A stretch of 35,043 nt of DNA from Candidatus Woesearchaeota archaeon (GCA_964630965.1 CAZVXB010000001.1:1-35043), one strand, 5' to 3'. Shown: positions 23,276 through 32,550, numbered from the stretch's first letter. The notes: generated by a model from the sequence alone, not told the origin. Made by a program: numbers and translations.

Positions 23276-24982
23276 ATGGGTTGCGGTTGCAACGATCCTA
23301 TGAAAAAGATTGACAAGAAGATGCTTCTTGCAGCATGGTCTATTAACAATGTTAATTGGATCATCAATCAAGCCTATAATCTCCCTCTAAGGGATATTTT
23401 TACAACCGTAGTAAATTTCGATCCCCAGGAAGAAATTTATAAATATGGAAAAAAGAAAATGAATCAAAGGTTTTTAGAAATATTAAAAAAAGAAAAGCCA
23501 GATTATATCCATCTCTTTTTAGTATGGGATGAGTTTTATCCTGAAACTCTAATAAAAATAAAAGAAATTCTCCCCAGTGTCAAGGTTACTCACTGGAACG
23601 GAGATGATGACATAAAATTCGAGAACTATACTTTGCCGTATGCAACAACAATAGACTATCAATTCATAAGTCAACTTCAATTTGCAAAGCGTTACAATGC
23701 TGCCGGAATACCTTGGTTTGATATGTTGGGGGCAGATATTGAAAAGTTTAGGCCCCTAAAAGTTAAGAAAAAATATGAGGTTGCATTTGTAGGGACGCCA
23801 AAGGGTGATCGTCTAAAATATATGCGTTTTCTTCTAAAAAAAGGCGTTAACTTCGTGCTCGCAGGAGCAGGATGGAATGATTATCCGGAGTTTAAAGAAC
23901 ATTATATTGGAAAATTAGGGGACGAAGAATTCGTTAAACTCATTAACGAAACGAAGATTAATTTGTGTTTTTCACAAAACTTTTTTGCCTCCCCTCACGT
24001 ATTGGAAAGGTCACTTGCAGTAAATGCCTGCAAATCCTTCGCGTTAACAGAATATGTCGAAGGATATTTTCCGAAATTCAAAGAAGGGTTTGATTTTGCC
24101 AGTTTTAAAACAGAAGAAGAGTTATATGAAAAAATAAATTATTACTTAAAGAAAGAAGAAGAAAGAGAGAAAATAGCTGAAAGGGCATACAAAACCGTAA
24201 CAAAGAATTTTTCAAACCAAAAAATGATGCGTGATGCCTATAAGGCAATAGAAAAAGACAAAGGCCCCCTTTATAGTCTAACTACAAGAAAGTATTTAGA
24301 AGAAAGTCCGGTTTACCTAGACAAGAAAGATTTTAAGAAAGGGGCAGACCACATAAAAAATAAGATTGTCAACTCGAAATATATTGGATTTAGAAACGTA
24401 TATCATGAACCTCTTCCTTACAAAGATTACTACCAAACGTACACTTTAGATATGACAAAAAAACCACTTTCTATATGTGATTCTTATCTAAATTCATTAT
24501 TAATAGGGGACTATGCTTCTTTATCATTGTATTACGCTTATAATTATCTCAAAGATCAGAACTATGTTTATGATAATATAGATATTTCTCAAATCATGGT
24601 TGAGAAAAAATATTTTCTTGAACATCTTAATCTATTTGCAGGAATGTATCAAAATAAAAAGTTTAAGATAAACCCTGAAGAAGTTTCTTTTTTAAGTATT
24701 CCTCTTGTTCGAACAAAGAAAGTAACGAAAATACCTATAATAAATTCAGACCACATTCTATTTACTTACCTTGATTTGAATTTGGTCGTTTTAAGAAACC
24801 AAAAGAGGTTATTCAGAGACCCTTACATTTACAAGCTTATTTTTTATTCTATCTTTGTTAATCCTCAAATAGCAAAACATCTTCTTGTAAATATCTTAAA
24901 ACGTAGTAAAAACCCTTATGCCCTTAAGGTTTCTAATTTCTTTGGCAAGTTCTTTAAGCCTGCACAATTGAAGAATTGTTAG
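23276..24982 (+). CDS. CgeB-like glycosyltransferase (DUF3880 + Glyco_trans_1_2-like) with a ~235-aa C-terminal extension of unknown function
   Basis: The central region YEVAFVGTPKGDRLKYMRFLLKKGVNFVLAGAGW...INLCFSQN...ERSLAVNACKSFALTEY...FKTEEELYEKINYYLKKEEEREKIAERAYKTV resembles the CgeB/spore-maturation-type GT family. An alternative start at 23300 (MKKIDKK) fits the promoter spacing better. Confidence 0.55.
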   Translation: MGCGCNDPMKKIDKKMLLAAWSINNVNWIINQAYNLPLRDIFTTVVNFDPQEEIYKYGKKKMNQRFLEILKKEKPDYIHLFLVWDEFYPETLIKIKEILPSVKVTHWNGDDDIKFENYTLPYATTIDYQFISQLQFAKRYNAAGIPWFDMLGADIEKFRPLKVKKKYEVAFVGTPKGDRLKYMRFLLKKGVNFVLAGAGWNDYPEFKEHYIGKLGDEEFVKLINETKINLCFSQNFFASPHVLERSLAVNACKSFALTEYVEGYFPKFKEGFDFASFKTEEELYEKINYYLKKEEEREKIAERAYKTVTKNFSNQKMMRDAYKAIEKDKGPLYSLTTRKYLEESPVYLDKKDFKKGADHIKNKIVNSKYIGFRNVYHEPLPYKDYYQTYTLDMTKKPLSICDSYLNSLLIGDYASLSLYYAYNYLKDQNYVYDNIDISQIMVEKKYFLEHLNLFAGMYQNKKFKINPEEVSFLSIPLVRTKKVTKIPIINSDHILFTYLDLNLVVLRNQKRLFRDPYIYKLIFYSIFVNPQIAKHLLVNILKRSKNPYALKVSNFFGKFFKPAQLKNC

Positions 24983-25694
24983 AAATTTTTCTCCAAAGTG
25001 AAACATCAAGGGACGAATCTGCTGCTCTTTTTGTTGGAGAAATTTTATTTATTTCTTCAAGAGTTTTTGCTTTTATACTAGGCTTATATTTTTTCAAAAT
25101 AGTATAGAGGCTCGCACGATCACATCCCACATTAAGGGTTCCTATAAACGAGCTTCCAATAATATTTTCTATGGCCCTGGCCAATTCAGAAACAGGTATT
25201 TTCGAGCAAAAGCCGTCAATTGCAGCACTTTCATAAGGGATATTTAGGGGGTCAAAGAAGCTTGTTCGTACTACGCAGTGGTTTGGAGTTAGATGTGCGG
25301 CACATTCTCCTCCAAGTTTTGTCCAAGCATAAGTATTAACAGGTATAACTGCATCCCGTTCACTATAAGGCCCTTTAGTGCAAGGATAGACGTAATCTGT
25401 TGAGATGTAAACGAATCGCGTTCCTGGATTTATTGCCTGTACAACATGGGCGGTTCCGATTACGTTTACGTTAAATGCCTCGACAGGATTCTTCTCACAT
25501 TCGACCATATTAACCAGGGCTGCACAATGAACGACTGCTCCAATCGAGTGTTTTTTAATGAATAAACTAACTGATTCTTTATTCGTTATATCCATTTCTT
25601 GCCTAGTAGGTGCAATGCATCTACTACCTAATAGACTTACAAGTGCTTGACCAAGTTTACCTGTTCCCCCGGTAATTAAGACTTTATCCTTCAT
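24954..25694 (-). CDS. short SDR, RmlD-like NDP-4-ketosugar reductase
   Basis: MKDKVLITGGTGKLGQAL, STDYVY, and catalytic YAWTK. At 246 aa it is shorter than typical RmlD. Confidence 0.6.
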   Translation of the reverse strand: MKDKVLITGGTGKLGQALVSLLGSRCIAPTRQEMDITNKESVSLFIKKHSIGAVVHCAALVNMVECEKNPVEAFNVNVIGTAHVVQAINPGTRFVYISTDYVYPCTKGPYSERDAVIPVNTYAWTKLGGECAAHLTPNHCVVRTSFFDPLNIPYESAAIDGFCSKIPVSELARAIENIIGSSFIGTLNVGCDRASLYTILKKYKPSIKAKTLEEINKISPTKRAADSSLDVSLWRKISNNSSIVQA

Positions 25695-25725
25695 ATTTTT
25701 TTACCATTTAATAGGATTAAATACG

Positions 25726-27282
25726 TTACGATTGTTCTATTTTTTGAAAGGGCATGCTCTTTAGCTGAAACACCTTCGTTCGAATATCCTTTATGATTTC
25801 CCAGTCGTTCTCATCAAACGATTTTGTCGCAAGGAGCAAAACGGAGTAAATACTTCCAAAAATAATGCCTCCTGCAATAAGGGTTCCAAGTGTTTGCCCT
25901 CCGATAGTTGCAATTCCCAAGGTGAGTAAGAAAGGGGCAATTCCAACCAAGGTTATTTTGATAATCGACCGTTTGAGGGGATAAAAACCATATTTTTTCT
26001 TAATCTCAAAAAAGAGAACAAGGCAGAAACCTATCCACGATAGTGTTGTCGCACTAGCAATTCCAACCATCCCATACCGAATAAATAAAAGTCCAAGAAC
26101 GACGTTAAATATGGAGAAGAAGATAAAATTGTATAAAATAAGCTTTGTTTCCTTTTTAGCAGAGAGCAAATTAGTAAACGTATTGAGAAAACCAGAGAAA
26201 AGCCCTCCTAATGCAAGAACCCTAAGGGTATTTTCTGCGCCCCTAAACTCTGCTCCAAAGAGTAAATCAAGCAATATACCTGGAAATATAAATAACAATG
26301 CAAAAACGGGGATATTAATTGTATAAATCCATTTAGTTATCTGTTTAGTAATGGTTCGAATAACTTCTCTGTTGTTTCTCGACAGTTCCTTTGAAACAAC
26401 AGGCAAGAAAAGTTGGCTAAATAAATCAGGAGCCATAACGAAAAGACCGACCAAAGTTATTGCGGCATTATACAAGCCAACAATATTTGAATCAGTAAAG
26501 TAGCCTAAAATCAAAGAATCTGTCCAATAAAACATACTAAGAAGAAGACCTACAAATGCAAGAGGCCAGGAATAGGCAAATAGTTCTCCAAAAAGTTTCT
26601 TTCTTTCTTTCGCAATCAAATGCTGAGCTCTTCTAACAATTGCAAAACGGTCATGAGAAAAATAAAGGGCGACAATAATAAGAGCAACATAAGAAAGAAC
26701 GTACGAATAGAACAGTGATGAAAGCCCAAGTCCAAGCACGATAAACCCTCCGATTAGGGCAAGACGTACCGTATTTTGGAAAGTCCCCACTAAAAAAGAA
26801 GCAGTTTTCGCACGCTCATATGAACGTAATGCTGCGATGAATACATTGGCAATAAGGGAGAGAGGTACAACGAGGCTAAATGCACGAAGAAAGAAGGCGA
26901 GCTCCTCGTTTCCAAAGAAGTTTATGGCAATTATATCTGCAAGTAGGAAAAGAACAATTCCCCCGCAAATTCCAGAAAAGAGCGCAACACGTGAGGCTAG
27001 GGAGAGAATATACTTTATCCGAACATTGTCTTTCCTTCCGATGTAATACGAGATATATCTCACGATTCCATCAGAAAAACCAAGAGAGGCAAAAGCAACA
27101 AAGAAACCGGTTATAATTATTGCAAGAGAGAAGTTTCCATAGGTGCTTGTTCCAAAATTCCGAGCTATTATTATCTTATAACCATACGTCAGAACTTTAG
27201 AAAGTACAAGACTAAGGAAAACAAAAAAAGAAGTTTTAGCAAAGGTGTTTAGGTATTCGTTAGATGTGGTCCTTTCTTTCAT
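25726..27282 (-). CDS. Wzx-like oligosaccharide flippase (MOP/polysaccharide biosynthesis protein family)
   Basis: About 14 predicted TMs throughout, a composition and length typical of Wzx/RfbX. The track start at 27303 is TTG. The ATG at 27282 (MKERTTSNEYL) is 25-26 nt from the TATA-like box. Confidence 0.7.
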   Translation of the reverse strand: MKERTTSNEYLNTFAKTSFFVFLSLVLSKVLTYGYKIIIARNFGTSTYGNFSLAIIITGFFVAFASLGFSDGIVRYISYYIGRKDNVRIKYILSLASRVALFSGICGGIVLFLLADIIAINFFGNEELAFFLRAFSLVVPLSLIANVFIAALRSYERAKTASFLVGTFQNTVRLALIGGFIVLGLGLSSLFYSYVLSYVALIIVALYFSHDRFAIVRRAQHLIAKERKKLFGELFAYSWPLAFVGLLLSMFYWTDSLILGYFTDSNIVGLYNAAITLVGLFVMAPDLFSQLFLPVVSKELSRNNREVIRTITKQITKWIYTINIPVFALLFIFPGILLDLLFGAEFRGAENTLRVLALGGLFSGFLNTFTNLLSAKKETKLILYNFIFFSIFNVVLGLLFIRYGMVGIASATTLSWIGFCLVLFFEIKKKYGFYPLKRSIIKITLVGIAPFLLTLGIATIGGQTLGTLIAGGIIFGSIYSVLLLATKSFDENDWEIIKDIRTKVFQLKSMPFQKIEQS

Positions 27283-27303
27283 ACTCTTCTCTAGCAAGAA
27301 CAA

Positions 27304-27311
27304 TTTAAAAA
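27304..27311. promoter_or_regulatory. shared or bidirectional TATA-like box between the flippase (minus) and methyltransferase (plus) genes
   Basis: TTTAAAAA centred at 27307.5, which is 25.5 nt from the ATG at 27282 (minus) and 25.5 nt from the ATG at 27333 (plus). Confidence 0.5.
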
Positions 27312-27332
27312 CAATCCGGGCGTTATCTCCAT

Positions 27333-28058
27333 ATGGCCAGAAATAGAGTAACGGGTCGCAATACCAAAATTCAGGCCCTTATCGATTTATTCCCCAAATC
27401 ATTTCGACTTCAATTAAATCCTCGACGCCATGCCATTGAAACTTTCGTTAAAAATTCTTCTAAGAAAATAGCGCCAAATTCAAGAGTTTTAGACGCAGGA
27501 GCCGGACCCTGCCCCTATCGGTCTTTCTTCAAACACACACATTATGAAGCTACTGATGTTGTTGATCCCTATAGCATTCTCGATTTTACTTGTAGTCTCG
27601 ATCGTGTCCCTCGCAAAGATAACACTTATGATGCTTTACTTTCAACGGAAGTTCTAGAACACGTGGAATTTCCCCAAAAAGTCATAAACGAATCGTACAG
27701 AATTCTAAAAAAGGGCGGAAAGCTCTTCCTCACTACTCCTCAAGGATGGATGATTCACCAAGCCCCATACAATTACTTTTATTTTACAAAATACGGTTTA
27801 GAAAGTTTACTCAAACAAGCAGGATTCAAAAAGTATAAAATAACCCCCATGGGGGGATATTTCAAGTTTCTTGCTGACGCCCTAAGGTTCAATAGCGTTG
27901 TAGAACAGTGGAGACATATAAAAATAGTTTACTTCCCCCTCGCCTTTCTCGACACCGTATTTCTCAAGATAATTGTTTCATTTATTCTTTTTCATCTTGA
28001 TTTCATAGATAAAAGAAAAGTGTGGACTATGGGCTATACTGTTGAAGCAATTAAGTAG
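27333..28058 (+). CDS. class I SAM-dependent methyltransferase
   Basis: Motif I VLDAGAGPCPY, then DALLSTEVLEHV and KGGKLFLT. The C-terminal segment is hydrophobic. Confidence 0.7.
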   Translation: MARNRVTGRNTKIQALIDLFPKSFRLQLNPRRHAIETFVKNSSKKIAPNSRVLDAGAGPCPYRSFFKHTHYEATDVVDPYSILDFTCSLDRVPRKDNTYDALLSTEVLEHVEFPQKVINESYRILKKGGKLFLTTPQGWMIHQAPYNYFYFTKYGLESLLKQAGFKKYKITPMGGYFKFLADALRFNSVVEQWRHIKIVYFPLAFLDTVFLKIIVSFILFHLDFIDKRKVWTMGYTVEAIK

Positions 28059-29021
28059 TTAATCAGGAATAGTCCATCTGCCCCTTTTTATATCTTTTAG
28101 GTTAAAAATACAGTATGATAAAGATGAGAAATAAAGAGTTGCCTTTAGCCAGTTTCTCTTGTTTGGTCTAAAAAGGAGGAGAGATAGGCGAAGCAAACTT
28201 ATTCCTAGAAGAGACCAAACAAATATGCTTTTCTCTTTAAAGTTTCTATTGAAGTTTTTATAATGTAAATAAAAATGATGTATCTGGTTCATATAGGTTA
28301 TTTTTCGAGCAGGATAACGTTCTATCTGAGATGCTCTGTGAATAAGACGTGCCCTTGGGGTAAGGAAAAGAGAAAGGGGTTTTCTCATGTTAACTCTATA
28401 AGTGAAATCAAAATCTTCGCCCAATGAATATCTACTTAAATGTTCATCAAAAATATCTTTCTTAAAGACTTCTTTTTTGAAAGCCATATTGAAACCGGGG
28501 ATCCACTCAACGTTTATTGTTTTGTTCAATCGAGAAGGGTATATCGCTCCGTAAGAAGAAAGAACACGCCCGGAATTAGGTGCACGATGCTCGATGAAGA
28601 AGAATTTTCTAATGAATGTGCTTATTTTAGAATTTTTCAACCCTCTCGGAAGATAATATCCTCCAACTCCATAAGCAAGAGCGTTCTCATTGAATACTCT
28701 AAGGATTTCTTTAAAGTAATTAGTATCGAGCGTTACATCGTCATCAAGGAAAATAACTATTTTACAAGAACGGTTAATTTGAGAAATTCCTAAATTACGT
28801 GCGACAGTAAGCGAAGGTTTATCTGAAAAAATATACTTTATTTTTTTATCTCTCAAACTTTTAATTAGGTCTTTTGTTTTATGGTCTGTGCTCTGATCAA
28901 CCACAATAACCTCTTGTAAATCCTTAATTTTATTTTTGAACGATACAAGGGTTTCTCTGAGATCCTGAGAACGATTGTACGTAGGGATTATTACAGAGAC
29001 GTCGGCAAGAGAATAATTCAT
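28059..29021 (-). CDS. GT2 glycosyltransferase
   Basis: VSVIIPTYNRSQDL...VVDQSTD...IVIFLDDDV (DxD), with a hydrophobic C-terminal tail. Confidence 0.8.
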   Translation of the reverse strand: MNYSLADVSVIIPTYNRSQDLRETLVSFKNKIKDLQEVIVVDQSTDHKTKDLIKSLRDKKIKYIFSDKPSLTVARNLGISQINRSCKIVIFLDDDVTLDTNYFKEILRVFNENALAYGVGGYYLPRGLKNSKISTFIRKFFFIEHRAPNSGRVLSSYGAIYPSRLNKTINVEWIPGFNMAFKKEVFKKDIFDEHLSRYSLGEDFDFTYRVNMRKPLSLFLTPRARLIHRASQIERYPARKITYMNQIHHFYLHYKNFNRNFKEKSIFVWSLLGISLLRLSLLLFRPNKRNWLKATLYFSSLSYCIFNLKDIKRGRWTIPD

Positions 29022-29536
29022 TTTACTGTCTCCAACTCAAAATAAAGTGAATTAGCCGGGATAAGAAATGAGAAGAAAAAATAATATAGCTTCTGAATTT
29101 TCTCATGAGAATTAACGATCATAGTAAGAAACCGAAGAAAGGGGTGAAAAACTATCTTTCTCTTTACGATGTTAAAACGAGCTTTAGAGTAATAGTTAAG
29201 ACCATCCGTTGGTCTGAAATAATTAAAGGTTAGATAGGTATAAACTGATTTATGGGTAGGGTCCGTAAATGCCCAGATACTTGGGTAAATGGGGACTTTA
29301 ATGACAGTTTTTGACCCTTTCTTTGAAATTCTCCAAATCTCTTCCACAGGGCGTATAATGCTTGAAAGGTGTTCAAGAACATTATCGCAATAAATTTCGT
29401 CAAATGAATTATCCTTAAAGGGCCAAGGATAGTTATCTAAATTGAAGACCTTATCGACTCCTTGGAGTTTAACAGAATCTACATTAAAATACCCCTTTCG
29501 TATATCTTTCCCACAGCCAAGGTTTAATCGTTTCAT
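29018..29536 (-). CDS. small SAM-dependent methyltransferase (Methyltransf_11-like)
   Basis: MKRLNLGCGKDIRKGYFNVD...FDEIYCDNVLEHL. Its stop has a 4-nt overlap with the downstream GT2 start. Confidence 0.6.
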   Translation of the reverse strand: MKRLNLGCGKDIRKGYFNVDSVKLQGVDKVFNLDNYPWPFKDNSFDEIYCDNVLEHLSSIIRPVEEIWRISKKGSKTVIKVPIYPSIWAFTDPTHKSVYTYLTFNYFRPTDGLNYYSKARFNIVKRKIVFHPFLRFLTMIVNSHEKIQKLYYFFFSFLIPANSLYFELETVK

Positions 29537-29548
29537 AGGTTGGATGAG

Positions 29549-30352
29549 TTAAACAGTCTGTTTTCCTTCAATAAATCCTTTCCAAAAACCAGGAATATAA
29601 TAGCAATGGTCTGCCAACGAAGCAACAATATACGCAGGTATAATGCTCAATCCGCCCTTGCTGAACGGATAGCTCAGCAAATAAGTCACAAGCCCAATAA
29701 TCGGTATTGCTTTCACTATTCCTACATACCATCGAGTCATTTTTGTCTTATGAATTCGTACGAGAGCTCCATATCCATTGGCGTATTGGTAATCCTTTCT
29801 CAGCCTATTACCAAATGACGTTGGATGGTGGTGTATAATCTTTGCGTCAGGATAGGCAATAATTCCTTTGTCCTTTATTTTCAAATAGGTATCATAATCT
29901 TCTCCGGCTGTTCTAAAATTCTTTTCATCAAAAAGGCCAATGGAGTTCATTATGTCTTTTCGATAGGCACCCCCCTTACCATCTAATGAAGAAGTAATGA
30001 CTCCCTTTTCTTTTATCATAATGCCCTTTGTTAAGTAGTCAAAACTGTCCCATATGTATTTCGGGAGTTCTACCTTCGATACAGAAGCAACTACTCGAGA
30101 ATCACCAAATGGAGAGATTAGATTTTCCAACCATCTATCATCTGCAGGTACACAATCCTGCGGAAGAAAAACAACAATCTCGTATTTTGACTCTCGTAAG
30201 CCTATGTTCATTTGCTTTGAAAAACCTTGCTTACGATCTATTATCTTGAATTCTATTTTTCCCTTATATTTTTGAGATTTAACGGCCTTCACGAGTTTGG
30301 CTAGTATTTTTTTATCGGGATTATAGGCGGGAACAATAATAGAAACATCCAT
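29549..30352 (-). CDS. GT2 glycosyltransferase
   Basis: MDVSIIVPAYNPDKK...VVFLPQDCVP...GEDYD. The track start at 30373 is TTG; I prefer the ATG at 30352. Confidence 0.8.
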   Translation of the reverse strand: MDVSIIVPAYNPDKKILAKLVKAVKSQKYKGKIEFKIIDRKQGFSKQMNIGLRESKYEIVVFLPQDCVPADDRWLENLISPFGDSRVVASVSKVELPKYIWDSFDYLTKGIMIKEKGVITSSLDGKGGAYRKDIMNSIGLFDEKNFRTAGEDYDTYLKIKDKGIIAYPDAKIIHHHPTSFGNRLRKDYQYANGYGALVRIHKTKMTRWYVGIVKAIPIIGLVTYLLSYPFSKGGLSIIPAYIVASLADHCYYIPGFWKGFIEGKQTV

Positions 30353-30382
30353 AGGTAAAAACCAAGAAAACAATTAATAAAC

Positions 30383-31318
30383 TTATTGTCGATGAGCTTG
30401 ATAGTATTTAATTGTATTAGCAATTCCCTCTTTCAAGGAGACTTCTGGAACCCATCCAAGTTTTCTTAATGGGGTCGTATCTGCGAAGAAATCTCCTATG
30501 CCGACCTTCGTATGAAATATGGGCGGAATAATGTTCTTTGTTTTTGTTCCAGGCAAAATCTCCTCTATGAATCCAATAAGTGTTTTGAATGTGGTCGGTT
30601 CTCCTCTTCCAATATAGTAGACTTTCCCTCTTTCACCTCTATCCATAATGGTTTGACATGCACTAACTACATCTCCAACATAGATGTAATCTCTAATAAA
30701 ATTTCCCCCATTATATACGTCAAGTTCTTTCCCTTCAACAGCCAGATTAATCATGTAGTTGAATCCTGCCTTCTTCTTATTGTTTCCCTGCTCATACGGC
30801 CCAAAAACATTGGTAAATCGAGCAATTCGTACATCAATATCAAATAATCTTTCATAAACTTTACAAAAGTGTTCTCCTGCAAGTCGGGTTGCCCCGTAAA
30901 GTCCCAGAGGGTTACACGGAGACTTTTCGTCTGCAGGTAATTTCTCAACATTTCCATTGACGAAAAAAGTACTGGCAAAGAAAACTATTGCTCGAGGATT
31001 TCCCTTTCTAACTGCCTCAAGAAGAGCAATAGTCCCCTTACAATTTATTTCAATATCATAATAAGGGTCTTCATTAACAGAATAATTGTCTACTGTTCCC
31101 GCAAGATGGTAAATGTAATCTTTATCCCTCACATCCTCTTCGGATATATCTCGAACATCTTTGATGCAGATAATCACGTTCTTTTCCAAATCAGCTATAG
31201 TATACTTCTTTTTATCTGATCTAGATAGGATGGTTACTTCATCTCCAGCAGAAATATGTGCTCTGGCCAAATGACTTCCAATAAAACCCATCCCGCCCGT
31301 TATCAAAACCTTTTTCAT
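30383..31318 (-). CDS. extended SDR (NAD-dependent epimerase/dehydratase family) with YxxxR in place of YxxxK
   Basis: MKKVLITGGMGFIGSHLA and FASTFFV. The catalytic-position motif is YGATR (Tyr codon 30896..30898, Arg codon CGA at 30884..30886, checked by hand translation). Confidence 0.75.
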   Translation of the reverse strand: MKKVLITGGMGFIGSHLARAHISAGDEVTILSRSDKKKYTIADLEKNVIICIKDVRDISEEDVRDKDYIYHLAGTVDNYSVNEDPYYDIEINCKGTIALLEAVRKGNPRAIVFFASTFFVNGNVEKLPADEKSPCNPLGLYGATRLAGEHFCKVYERLFDIDVRIARFTNVFGPYEQGNNKKKAGFNYMINLAVEGKELDVYNGGNFIRDYIYVGDVVSACQTIMDRGERGKVYYIGRGEPTTFKTLIGFIEEILPGTKTKNIIPPIFHTKVGIGDFFADTTPLRKLGWVPEVSLKEGIANTIKYYQAHRQ

Positions 31319-31324
31319 CAGGGT

Positions 31325-32530
31325 TTAGCTTCGATATCCTTTGATGAACTCACCAAGGATCTTATAATAATCTCTCTTCTGTTCTTCTCCCATGCCCCAG
31401 CAGGGTACGAACAACGCTCGTTGCTCAATCTGATCTCCAACAGGGAATCTTCCATCGCTGAGTGAGAGCCATTTAGCATTGGCAAAGGGAGGTTGAGCAG
31501 TTATATTTCCGCACATTACAGGTCGGACTTCAACTTTACTTTTTGTGAGGTATCGTGCAAACTGCCCTCTATCAAAAGGGGCGCTTTCCTTAACGGTAAG
31601 GGGGTAAGCAAACCAACTAGGGGAGGCCTTAGGGTGTGTCTCGGGCAAAACGAAAAAGCCGCTCTCATCAAATAGTTCTGTCATTTCATCAAATTGTTTC
31701 TTTCGTGCGCTAACGAATCCGGGAAGTCTATCCATTTGTGCAGACCCAAAAGCCGCTTGAGGGGCGCTCATCTGATTATCAAGTCCAAGGGTGGAATACG
31801 TATATCTTTTAAGAAACTCTTCATCTCCCGGCCTAAAGTCTCTTCCCCAGAAAGTAAGACTTCGCATAATCTCAGCGAGAGATTTGTCTCGTGTGGCTAC
31901 AGCCCCGCCAACTCCTCCAGATGTTATATGGTGCGACGCATAGAAACTATAAGCAGCAGCATCGCCCATTGAGCCCACATGCTTCCCTTCAAACGTTCCT
32001 CCGAGCGTATCGCAACAATCTTCAAGCAGAAATCTGTGCTTTCCAAGACTTCGCGTAATGGCATTCATATCAGGGATATTTCCGAGCAAATGAGGCAAAA
32101 CCATTCCTCTTGCTTCTGGATAGCGTTCAATTGCCTTGGAGACTTGTTCAGGATCGATAACATAAGTGGTTGGTTTAGTTTCAAGAAAAACAGGCACAAG
32201 CCCTAAATTTATCGCGGAAGAGATACTCGTTGCAAACGTAGTCACGGGATGCAATACTTTGTCTCCAGGAGACCATCGACCTTGTTTTTTAAGTGCCAGC
32301 AATGCATTTTCAATAGCTGCGGAGCCGCTGTTAGTAAGGTGCACATAGGGGATTCCCGTAAAAGCCGCTAGCTTTCCTTCAAATTCTTTCTGAGGTTTTC
32401 CATACCCAAACCAGTCTGCTTGGAGAACTTTTTCTTCTAAGGCCTTAACTTCCTCGGGACCCCATTGAATACGGTTTATGAGATGACTATCTCCTTGCTT
32501 CCATTCTTTCCAACCAAGACTAGAATCCAT
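31325..32530 (-). CDS. DegT/DnrJ/EryC1-fold PMP-dependent NDP-4-keto-6-deoxyhexose 3-dehydratase (ColD / E1-RfbH type)
   Basis: Aspartate-aminotransferase-fold sugar enzyme (NSGSAAIENALLAL, LEDCCDTLGG). The Schiff-base lysine position reads SFYASHHITSGGVGG, i.e. His instead of Lys. That substitution is the hallmark of ColD and E1 dehydratases. Confidence 0.72.
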   Translation of the reverse strand: MDSSLGWKEWKQGDSHLINRIQWGPEEVKALEEKVLQADWFGYGKPQKEFEGKLAAFTGIPYVHLTNSGSAAIENALLALKKQGRWSPGDKVLHPVTTFATSISSAINLGLVPVFLETKPTTYVIDPEQVSKAIERYPEARGMVLPHLLGNIPDMNAITRSLGKHRFLLEDCCDTLGGTFEGKHVGSMGDAAAYSFYASHHITSGGVGGAVATRDKSLAEIMRSLTFWGRDFRPGDEEFLKRYTYSTLGLDNQMSAPQAAFGSAQMDRLPGFVSARKKQFDEMTELFDESGFFVLPETHPKASPSWFAYPLTVKESAPFDRGQFARYLTKSKVEVRPVMCGNITAQPPFANAKWLSLSDGRFPVGDQIEQRALFVPCWGMGEEQKRDYYKILGEFIKGYRS

Positions 32531-32550
32531 AAATGGGAGCCCATCCGACG

